NCBI GenBank assembly: GCA_050084985.1
Contig: JBITNC010000002.1
Location: 34,720,001 to 34,784,000 of the forward strand
Direction: 5' to 3'
Length of the DNA: 64,000 nucleotides
From: Nageia nagi
Taxonomy: Eukaryota; Plantae; Pinophyta
How positions within the stretch are numbered: position 1 is the first letter of the stretch; each line of letters opens with the position of its first letter. Below, in pieces: positions 38,731 through 52,000 of this stretch. Below the pieces are notes generated by a model, which searched no databases, was not told where the DNA came from, and worked only from the letters and a program-made list of their open reading frames with translations. The position numbers and the translations under genes are program-made.

Positions 38731-41700
38731 TGTAGATCCAAAATAATGCATATAATTATTAATGGGGGTTAATTAATGCACTATTGGTCTACTTTGTTTT
38801 TATTATTGCATATATTTGAAATATGGCAATAACGAATAATAGAAGTATACTTGTTCTTAATTAAATCGAATGTTCATTTTGTTAAGGGAAACATACATGA
38901 AAGAGAAGCATACATTCATTAAATTACACACTATTGGTGGCCTAGAAGAGGTACTTCGCTAGTGGTCTAAAATAAGCAATATAACGGATGCAATCAAGAA
39001 TGTAGCGATGAGCGAATGAAAGAATCATCAAATAGCAAACATAAGATATAACTTACGAATAATATTTATGCATAATAGAGAAATGTAACATGTGCTAGAA
39101 TCTCTCTAAAATCCTCCTCATATTCATTTTCCCATAAAGCTTAAGGTCATCATTTGATGCCTTTATATATGATACATGTTTACATGACTTTGATCTTTTT
39201 GACCTCTTGTACATGCCATAAGGGTCCATTACATAAATTATGTAGCTTTGACATAATCTTGGGTATTATTTACTCCTTTTTCACATAATACATCATTGAG
39301 GCTCTAAAATGAATTATTTAATAAATAATAATTCATTTTTAGGCATCTACATTTTGCCCCTCTTTGGAGTTGTGATTGAAGCAATGAAATTACATGTCCA
39401 AAGAATAAGTGTAGAAGAAATTTTTTTGAGAACTTTGAACTCTTTGTTGGATTATTCCTTGTTGGTAATGATGATGAATGATGATTATGAGGGTCCTTTG
39501 CTAGCCCCTTTTGACTTGGATGCCCCAGGAAAGGTCCTTGAATGGTGTAACCAAGGCAAAATCTGATGAAGAGTCTCTCTATAGGAATGATGTTTTGTAG
39601 ATGATGGGAATCACTGTGATGATGTAGCTGGATGGTTCCATATCCAATTTTGGAGATGGAAGATGTGATTTTCCCCCTTGTACTGTTCCAAATATGAATA
39701 TAGTCGTTCCATCATGTCTGATACTTAGGAACCATTCACACTTATGTCCATGCTTTGAAATGGAGAAGATTCACTTTTACTGAGATGAAATGATGATAAA
39801 ATGGATGTTGTTAGCAACGTGGGGAATAGTTAGCATGTTGTTGATGGTGTGGATTTTTATGCATTTTATTCTACTTTTTGGGATGTAGATACCTACAATG
39901 AAGTGTTAATTATAAAAATAGTGTTGATGCATAGTGAGTTACATCATCTATTGATGATGAGTCAATGTCAGCAATCTACTTACAATTTCATTGCCAATTT
40001 ATCTTTTAAGTGAGCAAACTCTCACTAGCTGTATCGATGACCATTGATGATCATACATTTTATGTCTATGATCCAAATACATTATGCTTTGGATTAGTTC
40101 AAAGCAAAAATGATGTGGATACATAGCAAATTACATTATCCATTGGGAATTAGCCAATATCAACATCTTGCTTACGATTGCATCGTCAGTTTATCTTTTG
40201 AGTGAGTGAACTCTCACTAGTCATGTCATTGATCATCGATGATCATACATTTTATGTCTATGATTTGAAGTTATTATGCTTTGGATTGGTTCAAAGAAGA
40301 AATGATGTGGATACATAGCAAGTTGCATCATCCATTAGGGATGAGCCAATGTCAACATCTTGCTTATAGTTGCGTTGTCAGTTTATCTTTTGAGTGAGTG
40401 AACTCTCAAGTAATCATGTCGTTGGCCATTGACGATCTTGTGTTTTATGTCCATGGTTTGTAGACATTATACTATCATTTTTTTTCCACATAGTTAGCAT
40501 CATGTGGATAGTCACACATGTTGCTAACATCATGGAATGCTTTGAATTTTGTGAAAATAAAAAGTATGCATGCCCCTACTCATGAATTTGGTGGTTTGCA
40601 AGGGCACGGGATTGTCATCTCTTAAGCATAGAAATGTTTGACATGAATGAAATTGAATATATTTGGTTCTACCTTGCCATACATGGATGATAATTTGTAT
40701 GCTCTTGATCTTGTTGCTTCGATTACAACATATGGTCCCAACCAATTAGGTTCAAACTTACCTTTTGCTTCATCATTTGTTGTTGTCTTATTATACTCTC
40801 TTTTAACACGAGATCTCCCATTTTGAATTCCTTTGCTTTAATTTTCTTTCCAAATGATCTTTTGAGTTTTGCATGGTAGACCTTTTGATGTTCAATGGCT
40901 CTAATCCTTTTCTCATCTAATAATTCCAACTGCTGCAACCTTGCTTTTCTTGCATCTTCATCAGAAATATCACCTTGTAAGGAAATCCTAAGGGAAGGGA
41001 TTTCTAATGATAGTGGAACAATGGCCTCATCCCCATGTACCATTGAAAATGGTGTTGCCCCCATGGCTGTATGGACACTAGTTCTATATGCCCATAATGC
41101 ATATGGTAAGTGCTCATGCCAATCTCTCTTGTATCTATCCTATGTTTTGGAAATAATGCTCTTGATTATCTTATTTGTGGCTTCAGCTTGACCATTTACT
41201 TGAGGGTAATATACAAAATAAAAGGTTTGCATAATATGAAACTTTTTACAAAATGCTTTCATGTCTTTACCTTTGAATTTTGGACCATTATCCATAATCA
41301 ATCTTTGTGGTACACCAAACATTATGATGGTGTTTTTGGTGAGGAATGCAATGGTTTTAGCTTGAGTGAATGATTTCATTAGGATAGCTTCCAACCATTT
41401 GGTGGTGAATTCTATAGCTATAACGATAAATTTATGTCCTTCACTAGAGTGAGGATTAATCATACCAATCAAATCTATGCCCTAAGTAGCAAATGGTCAT
41501 GAAGAGACAATAGAATGTAATTCTTGGGTAGGTTGCTTCTCTAGATTTGTATGTTTTTGGCATTGCAAATAAGTTTTTACATGGGCCTTACAATCTTCTT
41601 TCGTAGTAGGCCAGTAACATCCAATCCTCAAAATTTTGGTGTATAGAGCTTTTGTATGGAAGTGACCACCACATAAACCATCATGAGCTTGTTCTAAGGT

Positions 41701-44700
41701 AGTAGGTATCTCATCTTATGTCAAGCATCTCAATAATGCACCATCAAATGATCTCTTATATAAGACTTCTCTAATGATCACATATCTTACTGTAGTTCTC
41801 TTTAATCTCACTTTTTCATTTCTATCAAAGTTTTTAGGAATTGTTTGATTTTTCAAATTATTGTAGATATAAAAGTACTAATTCTGAAAATCATTCTCTT
41901 ATGTAATAAGACAAGTTTGAATCTCATCCATATGATCCATATAAGAAAGAGAGCTTAAATTACAAATTGTGAGGATGGTCTCTTCATCTTCAATTTTAGG
42001 GATTGAGATCTCATCATAGTCACACTGTTGGTGGCCCTCTAATAGGTCTTCATACTGCTAGCAGCATGGTTCTTCTTGAAAGATGTCTAAAAATTCTTCA
42101 TGGATGACTGCCTCCCTGTGTTGGGGGAAATTAGCTATCAAATATGCAATTGCTTGACCTTTGATAGATTTTTGCTTTACAACATTGATGTCAAATTCCT
42201 ACAACATCATTAGCCACTTTGCAAGTCTACCTAATAGATGTTGCTTATCCACAAGATATTTTAATGGGTTAAGAAGACTAACATTTTTCAATAGTAAACA
42301 TAATACCATAGCAAATATTTTCCATAGGAGTGTATCTACTCTCATAATCAATCAATGTTTTACTAAGATAATAGATGTCTCTTTCCTTGTTTTATGTATC
42401 TTTTTGACAAAGCATTGTTCCTAGTGCATATAATGTGGCTGAGATGTATAAGTAAGTAGGTTTTGAAAAATCCATGGGAACTAGGATGGAAGGATTAAGC
42501 AAATATTGTTTGATATCCTCAAATGCTTTTTGACAATTTTCATCCCATACAAATTTGACATCCTTTTTGAGCAAATGGGTGAATGGCTTACACTTGTCTC
42601 CAAGTTGTGAAATGAATCTTCTAACTAAATTTATTTTTCCTTGGAGGCTCCTTAACTATTTCAAGTTTTTGGGTGGAGGCATGCTAATAATGGCTTTTAC
42701 TTTTTTAGGATCTACTTCTATTCCTTTATTAGAAACCATAAAACCCTAGTAGTTTTCCATAATTAACTCCAAATGCATATTTTTGAGGCTTGAGTCTTAA
42801 TTTGTACCTTTTCAAAATAGTGAATACCTCTTCAAGTGTTTGTAGATGATCTTTTCCTTGCTTGGATTTGACTAGAATTTCATCAACATATACCTCCATG
42901 GTTTTGTGAATGTGCTCATGAAACATGGTGACCATTACTCTTTGATAAGTAGCTCCAACATTTTTAAGTCCAAAAGGCATAACCTTCCAACAAAAGTTAC
43001 CCCAAGGGGTAGTAAAAGTTATTTTATGTTGATTAGCATGATTAATCAAAATTTGGTTATAACCAGAAAATCCATTCATGAATGATAATGTATCATCACC
43101 AACTATACTATCTACAATCATATCAATATTTGACAATGGAAGATTATCTTTTGGACAAGTATTATTGATATCACAAAAATTTGTACATACTTGTATTTCA
43201 CCAGTTGGTTTGGAAATAAGGATAATATTAGCCATCCAATTAGAATAGCTAATAGGCCTTATGAAACCAACATTTAGGTATTTTTCTATCTCTTTCTTGA
43301 TGAGTAATACCTTAGAAGGATGCATCTTTCTAGGTTTTTATTTGATTGGCTTAATGCCTTCTTTCAACGGTAGATTGTGCATAACAAATGAAGGATCTAA
43401 ACCTAGCATATCATCACAAGACCAAGCGAATTCTTAGAATACTCAATAAACTTATTTTTGTAACTTTCTTGTTATGGAGGAGGTAGGGTTGCTCCAATTT
43501 ATATCAATATATCATCATTCAAAGTGTCAATATTGATGTGTATCAATTATTCTTTTGGAAATGTAAGGTCTTCTTTCTTTTGTAACAGGGATGGCAAGTC
43601 TTCTATCCTTGGTACCTCATCATCAACTGTATCTAATGGTTGTACCTATAATACTTTATGCAAATTGATCTCTTGACCAAAATAAGCATACTCATTAAGG
43701 ATATAGCTTGCTTTTCATTTATCATCAGATTTGGAAAACTCTAAATGTGCCCCCAAGTATTCATGAAGATCATCATCAGTACTAAAATAGTCAAATTCAA
43801 GAGGTATAGAATCATCAATCCATGTATCTACATCAATATCATTAGATAATTCAATCAAATTGCATTCTTTAACAAATTTAATAGGAACCCATTTTTGTTT
43901 TACTTAACCATCACCACCCAAGCCCTTTTTGGTAATTTGTGCTTTAGAATTGTCAGAAAAATAAGGCATTCCTTGGGAATAATTTTGCCATCAATTTCTC
44001 CTTTGACCCTAACTTCAACAAGAACTCCTCCTTAAAGCTAATAAGATGCTATCTGGGGTCTTGTTTGCTACTAAACATCTCAAACTTGGGGGACTTATGG
44101 TTGGGTGGTAGGGGAAAATTATGGATCTCCACAGTCAAGGGTGAAATGAAGACACCATCATATTTGTCCAAATTTTGTTGTTGTGTGATATTTGTAGGTC
44201 CAACTTGAATGGTAGAACCAGATGCCAAACTACCTAAATTGGTGATCGTCACTACTTATTTTTGCATTTTAGCCATGTTCATGTTTAATTCCCATAGGAG
44301 GGGCATAATATGCTCCATTTATATGCCATTTATGACCTAAGAAAAGTAATGTAGGCTGCTAGTAGTGTATCTCTATTGTGAAGGTTTCACAAGATCTTAT
44401 CAGAAGGGAAAAATAAATCAAAAAATTGACTTCACCAAAATGTAGATCTAAAATAATGCATATAATTATTAATGAGGGTTAATTAATGTACTATTGGTCT
44501 ACTTTGTTTTTATTATCACATATATATACAATATGGCAATAATGAATAATAGAAGCATACTTGTTCTTAATTAAATCGAATGTTCATTCCATTAAGGGAA
44601 ACATACATGAAAGACAAGCATACATTCATTAAAATGCACGTTGTTGGCGGCCTAGAAGAGGCATTGCTAGCGGCCTAAAATAAGCAATATAATAGATGCA

Positions 44701-45058
44701 ATCAAGAATGTAGTGATGAGCAAACAAAAGAATCATCATATAGAAAATATAAGATATAACTTATGAATAATATTTGCGCATAACAAAGTGATGTAACATG
44801 ATTAGAATCTCTCTAGAATCTTCCTCATATTCATTTGCCCATTAAGTTTAGGGTCATCGTTTGATGCCTTTATATATGATACATGTTTACATGACTTTGA
44901 TCTTTTTGACCCCTTGTACATGCCACAAGGGTCCATTACATAAATTACATAGCTTTGACACAACCTTAGGTATTATTTACCCCCTTTTTACATAATACAT
45001 CACTGAGGCTCTAAAATGAATTATTTAATAAATAATAATTCATTTTTAGGCATCTACA
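38731..45058 (-). mobile_element. Internally deleted Ty3/gypsy Tat-group (Ogre/Retand-type) element, 6328 bp
   Basis: LTRs at 38731-39351 and 44441-45058 (TGTAGAT..ATCTACA, roughly 90-92% identical) with TSD CCTTG on both sides. PPT AAAGAGGGGCAAAA is next to 39351 and PBS-like TGGTGAAGTCAA next to 44441. Minus-strand ORFs give a gag remnant (PKFEMF..QDP), RT (MPFGLKNVGATYQR..VYVDE), RH (KGQAIA) and INT (AHDGLCGGHF, DNGPKF, NGQAEATNK). Confidence 0.93.
39940..40470. repeat. ~192-bp tandem array (about 2.7 units) in the 3' UTR of the Ogre/Retand-type element
   Basis: TTTATCTTTT.AGTGAG recurs at 39998, 40190 and 40382, with conserved intervening blocks. Confidence 0.9.
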
Positions 45059-46640
45059 CCTTGGCCAAAATTTATTACTCTATATTTTTCTAAAGGGAAA
45101 TGGAACCAAAAATTTGAATATGAAAATTTCTCCATCCATTGCTTTGGATGCCAATAAGAAGGATACAAAATCAAGAATTTCCCATCTAAGAAATTGGTCA
45201 CAAATGCTAATCTACCCAGAAAAAAAGAGATGCATGTACTTCCCATAGCTGGTCAAGAAGATCAGGTGAATGAGATAGTTGTTGAATAGGTTATGTAGGC
45301 TGAGAAGATGATTGATTCTCAAAACATCTCTTTGGATTCTCCAAATGGCATGCATATCTTAGAAGGAGAATCTCAACATGCATGAATAATTATCTCAAGA
45401 ATAAAGGGTAACTCGAATGGTAAGACACACATGTCCAAAAAGGTAACCCCATCCATGGTAACTCTAATAGAATACAAGTTCATGATTAGAGCACACCCAT
45501 AAATAATGCATATTCAAGAGAGCGTATTTCTGAGGAGATAGACATATCTAGAAAATCCTCAATGATGGAAGTGGAGAATGAGGGATTCTAATCCCACTCA
45601 AGAAAGTCAAGAATGCAAAATACATCAGAAAAGCATACCCAAAAGTCTCTGATGACTTCTCTCTCAACAAAGCAAGGGTCAAACAAAAATATGGAAGATA
45701 AAATAGCTTGAAAAATGAGTACCAATTCTGAAGAGATGAATTAGACATATGAAGTAGTGAAAGAATATATATTGGAATGCACATATTATCTTCAAATTCT
45801 CAAATGTAAAAATGCATTTAAAGATCTTGAAGTGCTGCAAGATTAGGAAGGACTACAGTGAAATATTACTATAAGAAGGTTGGTCCTTGTAGCTCTTTCA
45901 ACTAGAGCCCTATGATTAGTAGATGTTTATCATTTGGATCATTTTGCCTATATATTGAATGATAGATAGTTTTGAGATATCGTAATGTTATTTTGGCTAC
46001 ATTGTGATAATATTTCTATAATCTTTTAGCTACCACTATGTATTGCTTGGTAGCAGTTTCCATCCTTGGGAACCATTTTTGTGATTGATTTTTTGGGGCT
46101 AGAATAAAACCTTGGGCTTTTTGATAATATAATTTACCCTTATCATCAAAAGAATGATAGGTTTATGTTACATTTCAAATTTATATTTTATATGGTTTAG
46201 GTCACATCATTATTTATTATTTGAGAATTAATTATGATAACCCTTTCTATATACTTCATTATTTAATTACTTTAAAATAGATATTATTAATTGAGTAAAA
46301 TCAGTTTATAATATCAATAATGTGTATAAATATAACAAACAATCAATTCCTTTATACACGTATTAAATGGGTTGGTGCTAGCATTTATGGTTGTAAAAGA
46401 AACAAATAGATGAAATATAAAGGTATAAAGGCGTAAACACATATAAATTGATGAATTTAATGTTTGTTTTATTATTTTGTAGATATGACAAAGATGAGAA
46501 AGTAAATTAAAATAAAAAGGAAAAGTGACAACGAAATGGATATGAAGGTAGAATAGTCAATAAAGTCTATGTGGTTTAAGTGAATTGATGAAAGAAAAAC
46601 TTGTTAACTATAAAATAACCATTATATTTTGGCTTAACCA

Positions 46641-48019
46641 TGTTGACTTGAAGAGACATTTATGTGAATTTTTCATGGGAGATAGGGTCTTTTCGAAGGT
46701 CTTGAGAGAATTGAACTATAACATGAACAACTCTAAACTCCCAAGATCACATGAAAGCTCTCAATACACATCTAATATACCCACAAAGCAATCTTACAAA
46801 GATAACACAAGATGTAAGTGGTTCCTCCAACTAGAAGTACATCCACTAACTAGATCTTTCTTCTTAAGAAATATGAACTCTTACAATCCTCCTACACTTT
46901 TCTCCTAAACACTATGCTATAGCATAAAATTACTCCACTAATTGGTGTGTAATCACAAAGAGGAATCCTTCTATTTATAGGCCAAAATTTCTCTTTGGAT
47001 CACCCTTGTATCCAATGTACAAAAGCATGACATGCACATCCTTTTACCCAAGGGGCATGCTCATGACATGGAGTGTAGGACAAGTTACATTATCATATTC
47101 ACTTAAATACTTAATTTATAAAATGATACCCTTAATTATTAGTGAACTTACATAGAATATTATTATAAAACCTTTACAATAATGCATTATAAATTCCAAC
47201 ACTGCCCCTTAATGCAATATTGGGATAGAGTGAATAAGAGAGAAGAAAGAGAGAAAGTAAGAGAGTTCTCCTCCAAATAGATAAACAGAGATGAGAAATT
47301 TTTGTCAAATATAATCATTAACCATAATTGATTTCAATGTACATGAAGTAATCATCCAACTGGAAGTCATGAAGAGTCTCCAAGAGCCTGCATACCTAAA
47401 GTAAGTAACCTGCAATCTCAAAGGAACTTATAGGTCATAAGTAACTCAAATAACAATATTAGTTAGATGTAACATATTCATATGAAAAAGGATAGATTAA
47501 TCACACAAATGCCATCATGAACTAATTAATGGTGCACTATAAGTTATCATGAAGATGCCAAGCCTAAACTCATAGTCACATGCTGTATATAAAACATGTG
47601 TTGATTATCATTACAAAATAGAGCATGCACATATGAGTTTCTAACATATGGATAACTAAATAGTGTCAAAAGACACATAAGAGTTCCTCACACATGGATA
47701 ACTAAACAATGCTAGATTGGCTAATCTTTTTGCTTTAAAAATTTATACAAGTTCCTCATGCAGAGCTAACTTACCATAAAGGTGTACAATAAAATCAACA
47801 CTATATAGCATAAAAATCCTCTTTAGGGTGATTTTTAAAATCAACACTACATGCACATCCTTTTACCCAAGGGGCATGCTCATGACATGGAGTATAGGAC
47901 AAGTTGCATTATCATATTCACTTAAATACTTAGATATCAAATGATACCCTCAAGTATTAGTGAACTTACATAGAAGATTATTATAAAACCTTTACAATAA
48001 TGCATTATACATTCCAACA
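46641..48019 (-). mobile_element. Deleted Ty1/copia derivative (3' LTR + short internal piece + partial 5' LTR)
   Basis: ~170-bp direct repeat at 47030-47201 and 47850-48019, both ending TTCCAACA. Minus-strand PPT AAGGGGCAG lies next to 47201, TATA CCTATAAATAG at ~46975, and an RNase H-like HIEINY remnant at ~47330. Left boundary and TSD unresolved. Confidence 0.7.
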
Positions 48020-48039
48020 AGTTCAACCCAAGAAGAGTT

Positions 48040-48350
48040 CCATTAAATCCATAAAGCTTGATCCTCAGTTTGTCAGACCCTTCAAAATTTACCAATAAAA
48101 TTAGCCCAATAGCTTATAAATTTGCCTTTCCATCCAATTTGTTAAAAATCATGATATTTTTTGTGTTTATTTACTTTAAAAGTATTTTGTTGATCCCTCT
48201 CATGTTTGGAATTTGGCAAATTTGTAGATACTAGAATTTTGGATCATTGGGTGAAAAATTTGAGAAAAAAAGGAATTAACCAATGTAAGGTCTAGTGGGA
48301 TCAATATTTTGAAAGTCTGACTACATGGGAAGATGTAGTAGAGATGAAAA
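48040..48350 (+). mobile_element. Chromovirus integrase C-terminus and chromodomain remnant
   Basis: PQFVRPFKIL..ISPIAYKFAFPSNL..HDIF.V.LL..Y..DPSHV (GPY/F module), followed by CKV*WDQYFESLTTWED (chromodomain-like). Confidence 0.75.
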
Positions 48351-49049
48351 AAACACTTTTATTATTTTGAAAGTCTGATAATTTTTAATTATGATTTTAA
48401 AATTAATAAGCTCTAACATTTCTTAATCAATCATTGGTACCTTAAACAAAAAATAGTGTTTATATTATAATGTAGTGTTTGTGAAACCATTAAATGTTTT
48501 ATCAAGTAGTTGGGCACCTCAACATATGATACATTTTGAGTTTACAAAACCTTGGCATTGAAAATATGGGTAAGAAATGTTTAAAATTTATAAATGCCAA
48601 GTTATGAAATTATGGCTCACCATATAACACCATTGGCAAAGAACCATACAATGTAAGAGAATATTTTTATTTTTTAAAAAATGTGTAATTGCCAAAGTAT
48701 TTACATTGACATTAATAAATATAAAGAAAGTTTTATTTGGTCTTATGAAACCTTACCATATCATGGCCAAAATTTTTATTTACGAATCATTGGCATTAAC
48801 TTTGGGAAGGTAAGGAATGATGTGAATGGTTTGAATTATTTATTAACAAATATGTATGAACATTGACATTAAGTATACATTGAATGCTTTATTTTGTTGA
48901 TTTTTAAAGCAACCACACAATGTACCAATGTGGAGGAGGAATGTTAGATTGAATATGAGAAATAATATGAGAGCACTAACACTAGGGTTCTTGCACATAA
49001 AAAGAGAAATAATATGAGAAGAGCAGATGAGTAAACTTAAATAACAAAA

Positions 49050-52000
49050 ATATGAAATATAACAATAAAAAATAACATATCATTATCTAAGTAATATGAT
49101 AATTAATTTAGGATATTAGGTATCGAAATAGAATATCAATAGTTCTAATTACATTGAAAAATGCAACGCTCCATTTCAAAAGTTTGGTAATGGTGAGAAA
49201 TAAGGGGTTGGAAGAAGAATGAAAGTATGATAATAATTTAGATGCTATAAATATGATACTAGAGGGAATTTTGACTTTCTACTCATTTCAAGGTAGAGGG
49301 TGAAGTGCATGAAAGCTTCAAGAAAAATGAGAGATATGGAGTGTATAATGAGTGATCCTTTCAACTCCTTTAATCAAGATTGCAGACCATGATGAGGTTG
49401 CTATAAATGTAAAAGATCATGTAGGCTTAAATGAACTCATACTGCAATGAGGGATTCATTTTTTTAAAAAAGGGAGAACCTCGTTTTGGAAGATATGAGA
49501 ACCAAATGCATAAGAGAAGAGAGGATAAAGCGATAGAGGTTTGAACGTCGACATTATTTTTGTGAGTTATTGGGAAGGTAAAATTAACCTTTTCTTCATA
49601 TATGAAAGCAATTGAACTTGCATTACATTAAATAGAACATGGGTATGAATTAGTTTCAATTTTATTCACCATGTATCTTTGTACATATTTACCTTTAAGA
49701 AGAAACCTCCATTTGCAGTAACATCTCATTGAAACTTATACATTTTTGGGAATTTCATTTTTAAAATCATGTCATGGGGAAGAGGCATAATTTGACCCAA
49801 ATAACATAGTGGGTATTGCTATTTCACTATGCATTTGTAAGAGAACAACTTAGCAAATAAACGACAAAAGAAGAGAGGCATAGTAGCCTTGAATTTTTAT
49901 ATGGAGATTTATAGCAAATAAAATTATTGAAATCAAACACTGTTATGAGACATTACGTTTTGGGTTGTATTTTAGTCTACATGGTTAAATGGTCACCTAT
50001 CACTAGGTTATCTACATTTCTATCCTTGGTAAGTAAAAATGAATAAATATTTCTAGAACTAGTCATGGAGATACTAGCATTACAATATTGCTTAGCATTT
50101 TAAGGAAGGACTTATGTGGGAATGAGTATATTTAGAAATATGATTTTTTTTACAAGTAGTTGGTTGCTTTGTATTTATATTGTAACTTATAACTCATTTT
50201 TCAAATTCCCTTCTTAGCCATGCTTACTTGCACATCATTTTGACATAACTAAGCAAGTAAGAATTTTGACTCTTGAATAATTGGAAGTGTGAGGTTGTAG
50301 TTTGATTTTCATACTCATGAGAAATTATTGTAGTATAATGAGCTAAATGATTAACTCAAACACTCTTGGGTTGATCATGTTATTTTTATTGGTCTAAGTT
50401 TATCATGTTATTTTATTGGTCTGAGTTGATCATGTTATTATTGCCATAGAAAAATTAAACCTTGCAAAATAAGAGATGAAGATTCATACATGTATGATGG
50501 ATTCTTATATTGTTCCATTATTGTATAATATTGGTAGTTGATGTTAAGTTACATGAAATTTGTACTACTATGATAAGATAAATTTTTTGCTTATACTTTG
50601 ATAAAAAAAATTCTTGTCATATGATGCATTGAACAAATTTGTAAAAGGCAAGTTGCACTATGAAAATTGTAAATAAATTGTATTGATGACATGTAGATTA
50701 TGATGATTCAAGAGGAACGCATCAAATATTTAATTCATTAGAGGTGCAACATAGACACTCATTTATGAAAAGGTTGCTTGAGAAGGCTTGTATTTGGTGT
50801 AATTTTATCAAATTATATGGTGCAATGTTGCATTAAGGTTGCATAGTATAATAGTGCATTCCTAAAAGATAGCATGGAAGTGTAGAATAATGAATGTAAT
50901 ATGATTATTTTAAATTAATAAAAATAGAATACATTGAAATAATTATTTCTTGTAGTTTCTCAACCCCTCTCAAGGGTTTTTCTACATATAAAATGTGTTT
51001 AATTATGGATGATGAGTTGTTTAATTTCATTATATTTTGTAAATTAATTGAATAGAATATGGGCATGAAAATGGATATTGTAGCATTACACCATAATTAC
51101 ATGTATTCATACTCCCTTTAATTTGCACTCATAGAATGTTGTATAAAAGACTTAACTTATCATAGAATCATTATAAATGAAGGCTTCACTAAGATATTGT
51201 CATTCATGTTGTTTTCCATCATGAAGTATAATAAGTGATGCACATACTTGTGATTGAATTATTAGTGTACACTTAGTGTATAAGATGGAATTAACAATAA
51301 TAAATTTAATTATCAATATTTGTAATGATAGAAGCATCATAAGAGGTGTATTTGTCATCAGGGGAATTTAATTGAACTTAGTTCCAATTATAAGTAACCA
51401 CATGTGCAAATTGTTTATATGGTTATTTATATTCATTATTTCCTAAGTTTTAATGAAAAAAAATGTTGATAATTTAGTACAAATATCAGACAATGGCATA
51501 TGCAAATAAGAACATGAAGGTAAACATAAGTATAACATAAAAGAAGTAAACCACCAATCATTTTTATGTATATTGAATTGATCGAAAAACATGATAATTA
51601 AATTGGGTTTTAGGACATGTGCACTAGTTGTTATGCAAATTATTATATTATAATATTACATGATTTAATAATAATATGAATGTTGTACCTCTTCCTAGTA
51701 TGATAAATTGCATTGATGTTATGTAGGTAATTACAAACCAATTCTTTACTGATAATAAATAGATAAGAAAAAAGGAGACAAAGTATATTGACTAAAGTTA
51801 TTGATGATTTATATGATAAGAACCTATGTAATGGTTGAAAGCAATAAGTAATTCTTAGAGAATACAATGTTAGTATAAGGTTGAGGATAAAACTGAAAGC
51901 AGAAAAGTTGATTAAATTATAGTGCTTTAATAGTATTATAACATAATCATGGAACTTTAAAACTTATAAATCTTATATAGGTATTCAACTAATTTCTAAG

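Larger units (their letters stand above)
37926..46149 (+). mobile_element. L1-like LINE with ORF1 only (~1.89 kb net), split by a gypsy insertion
   Basis: Exact 20-bp TSD AAGAATGATAGGTTTATGTT at 37906-37925 and 46150-46169. Left part carries DUF4283-like PLICKIRGRMP*LTDLEAFIHEAW and SKIGNSLGSF. Right part carries PKFITL..WNQKFEYENFSIHCFGCQ*EGY.. (zinc knuckle). L1-type 3' end ..TTTTGATAATATAATTTACCCTTATCATCAAA. Confidence 0.85.

Noticed and set aside
39940-40470. CRISPR-like repeat array
   Set aside because: Whole 192-bp units are homologous with no unique spacers, the context is a eukaryotic retroelement, and there are no cas genes.
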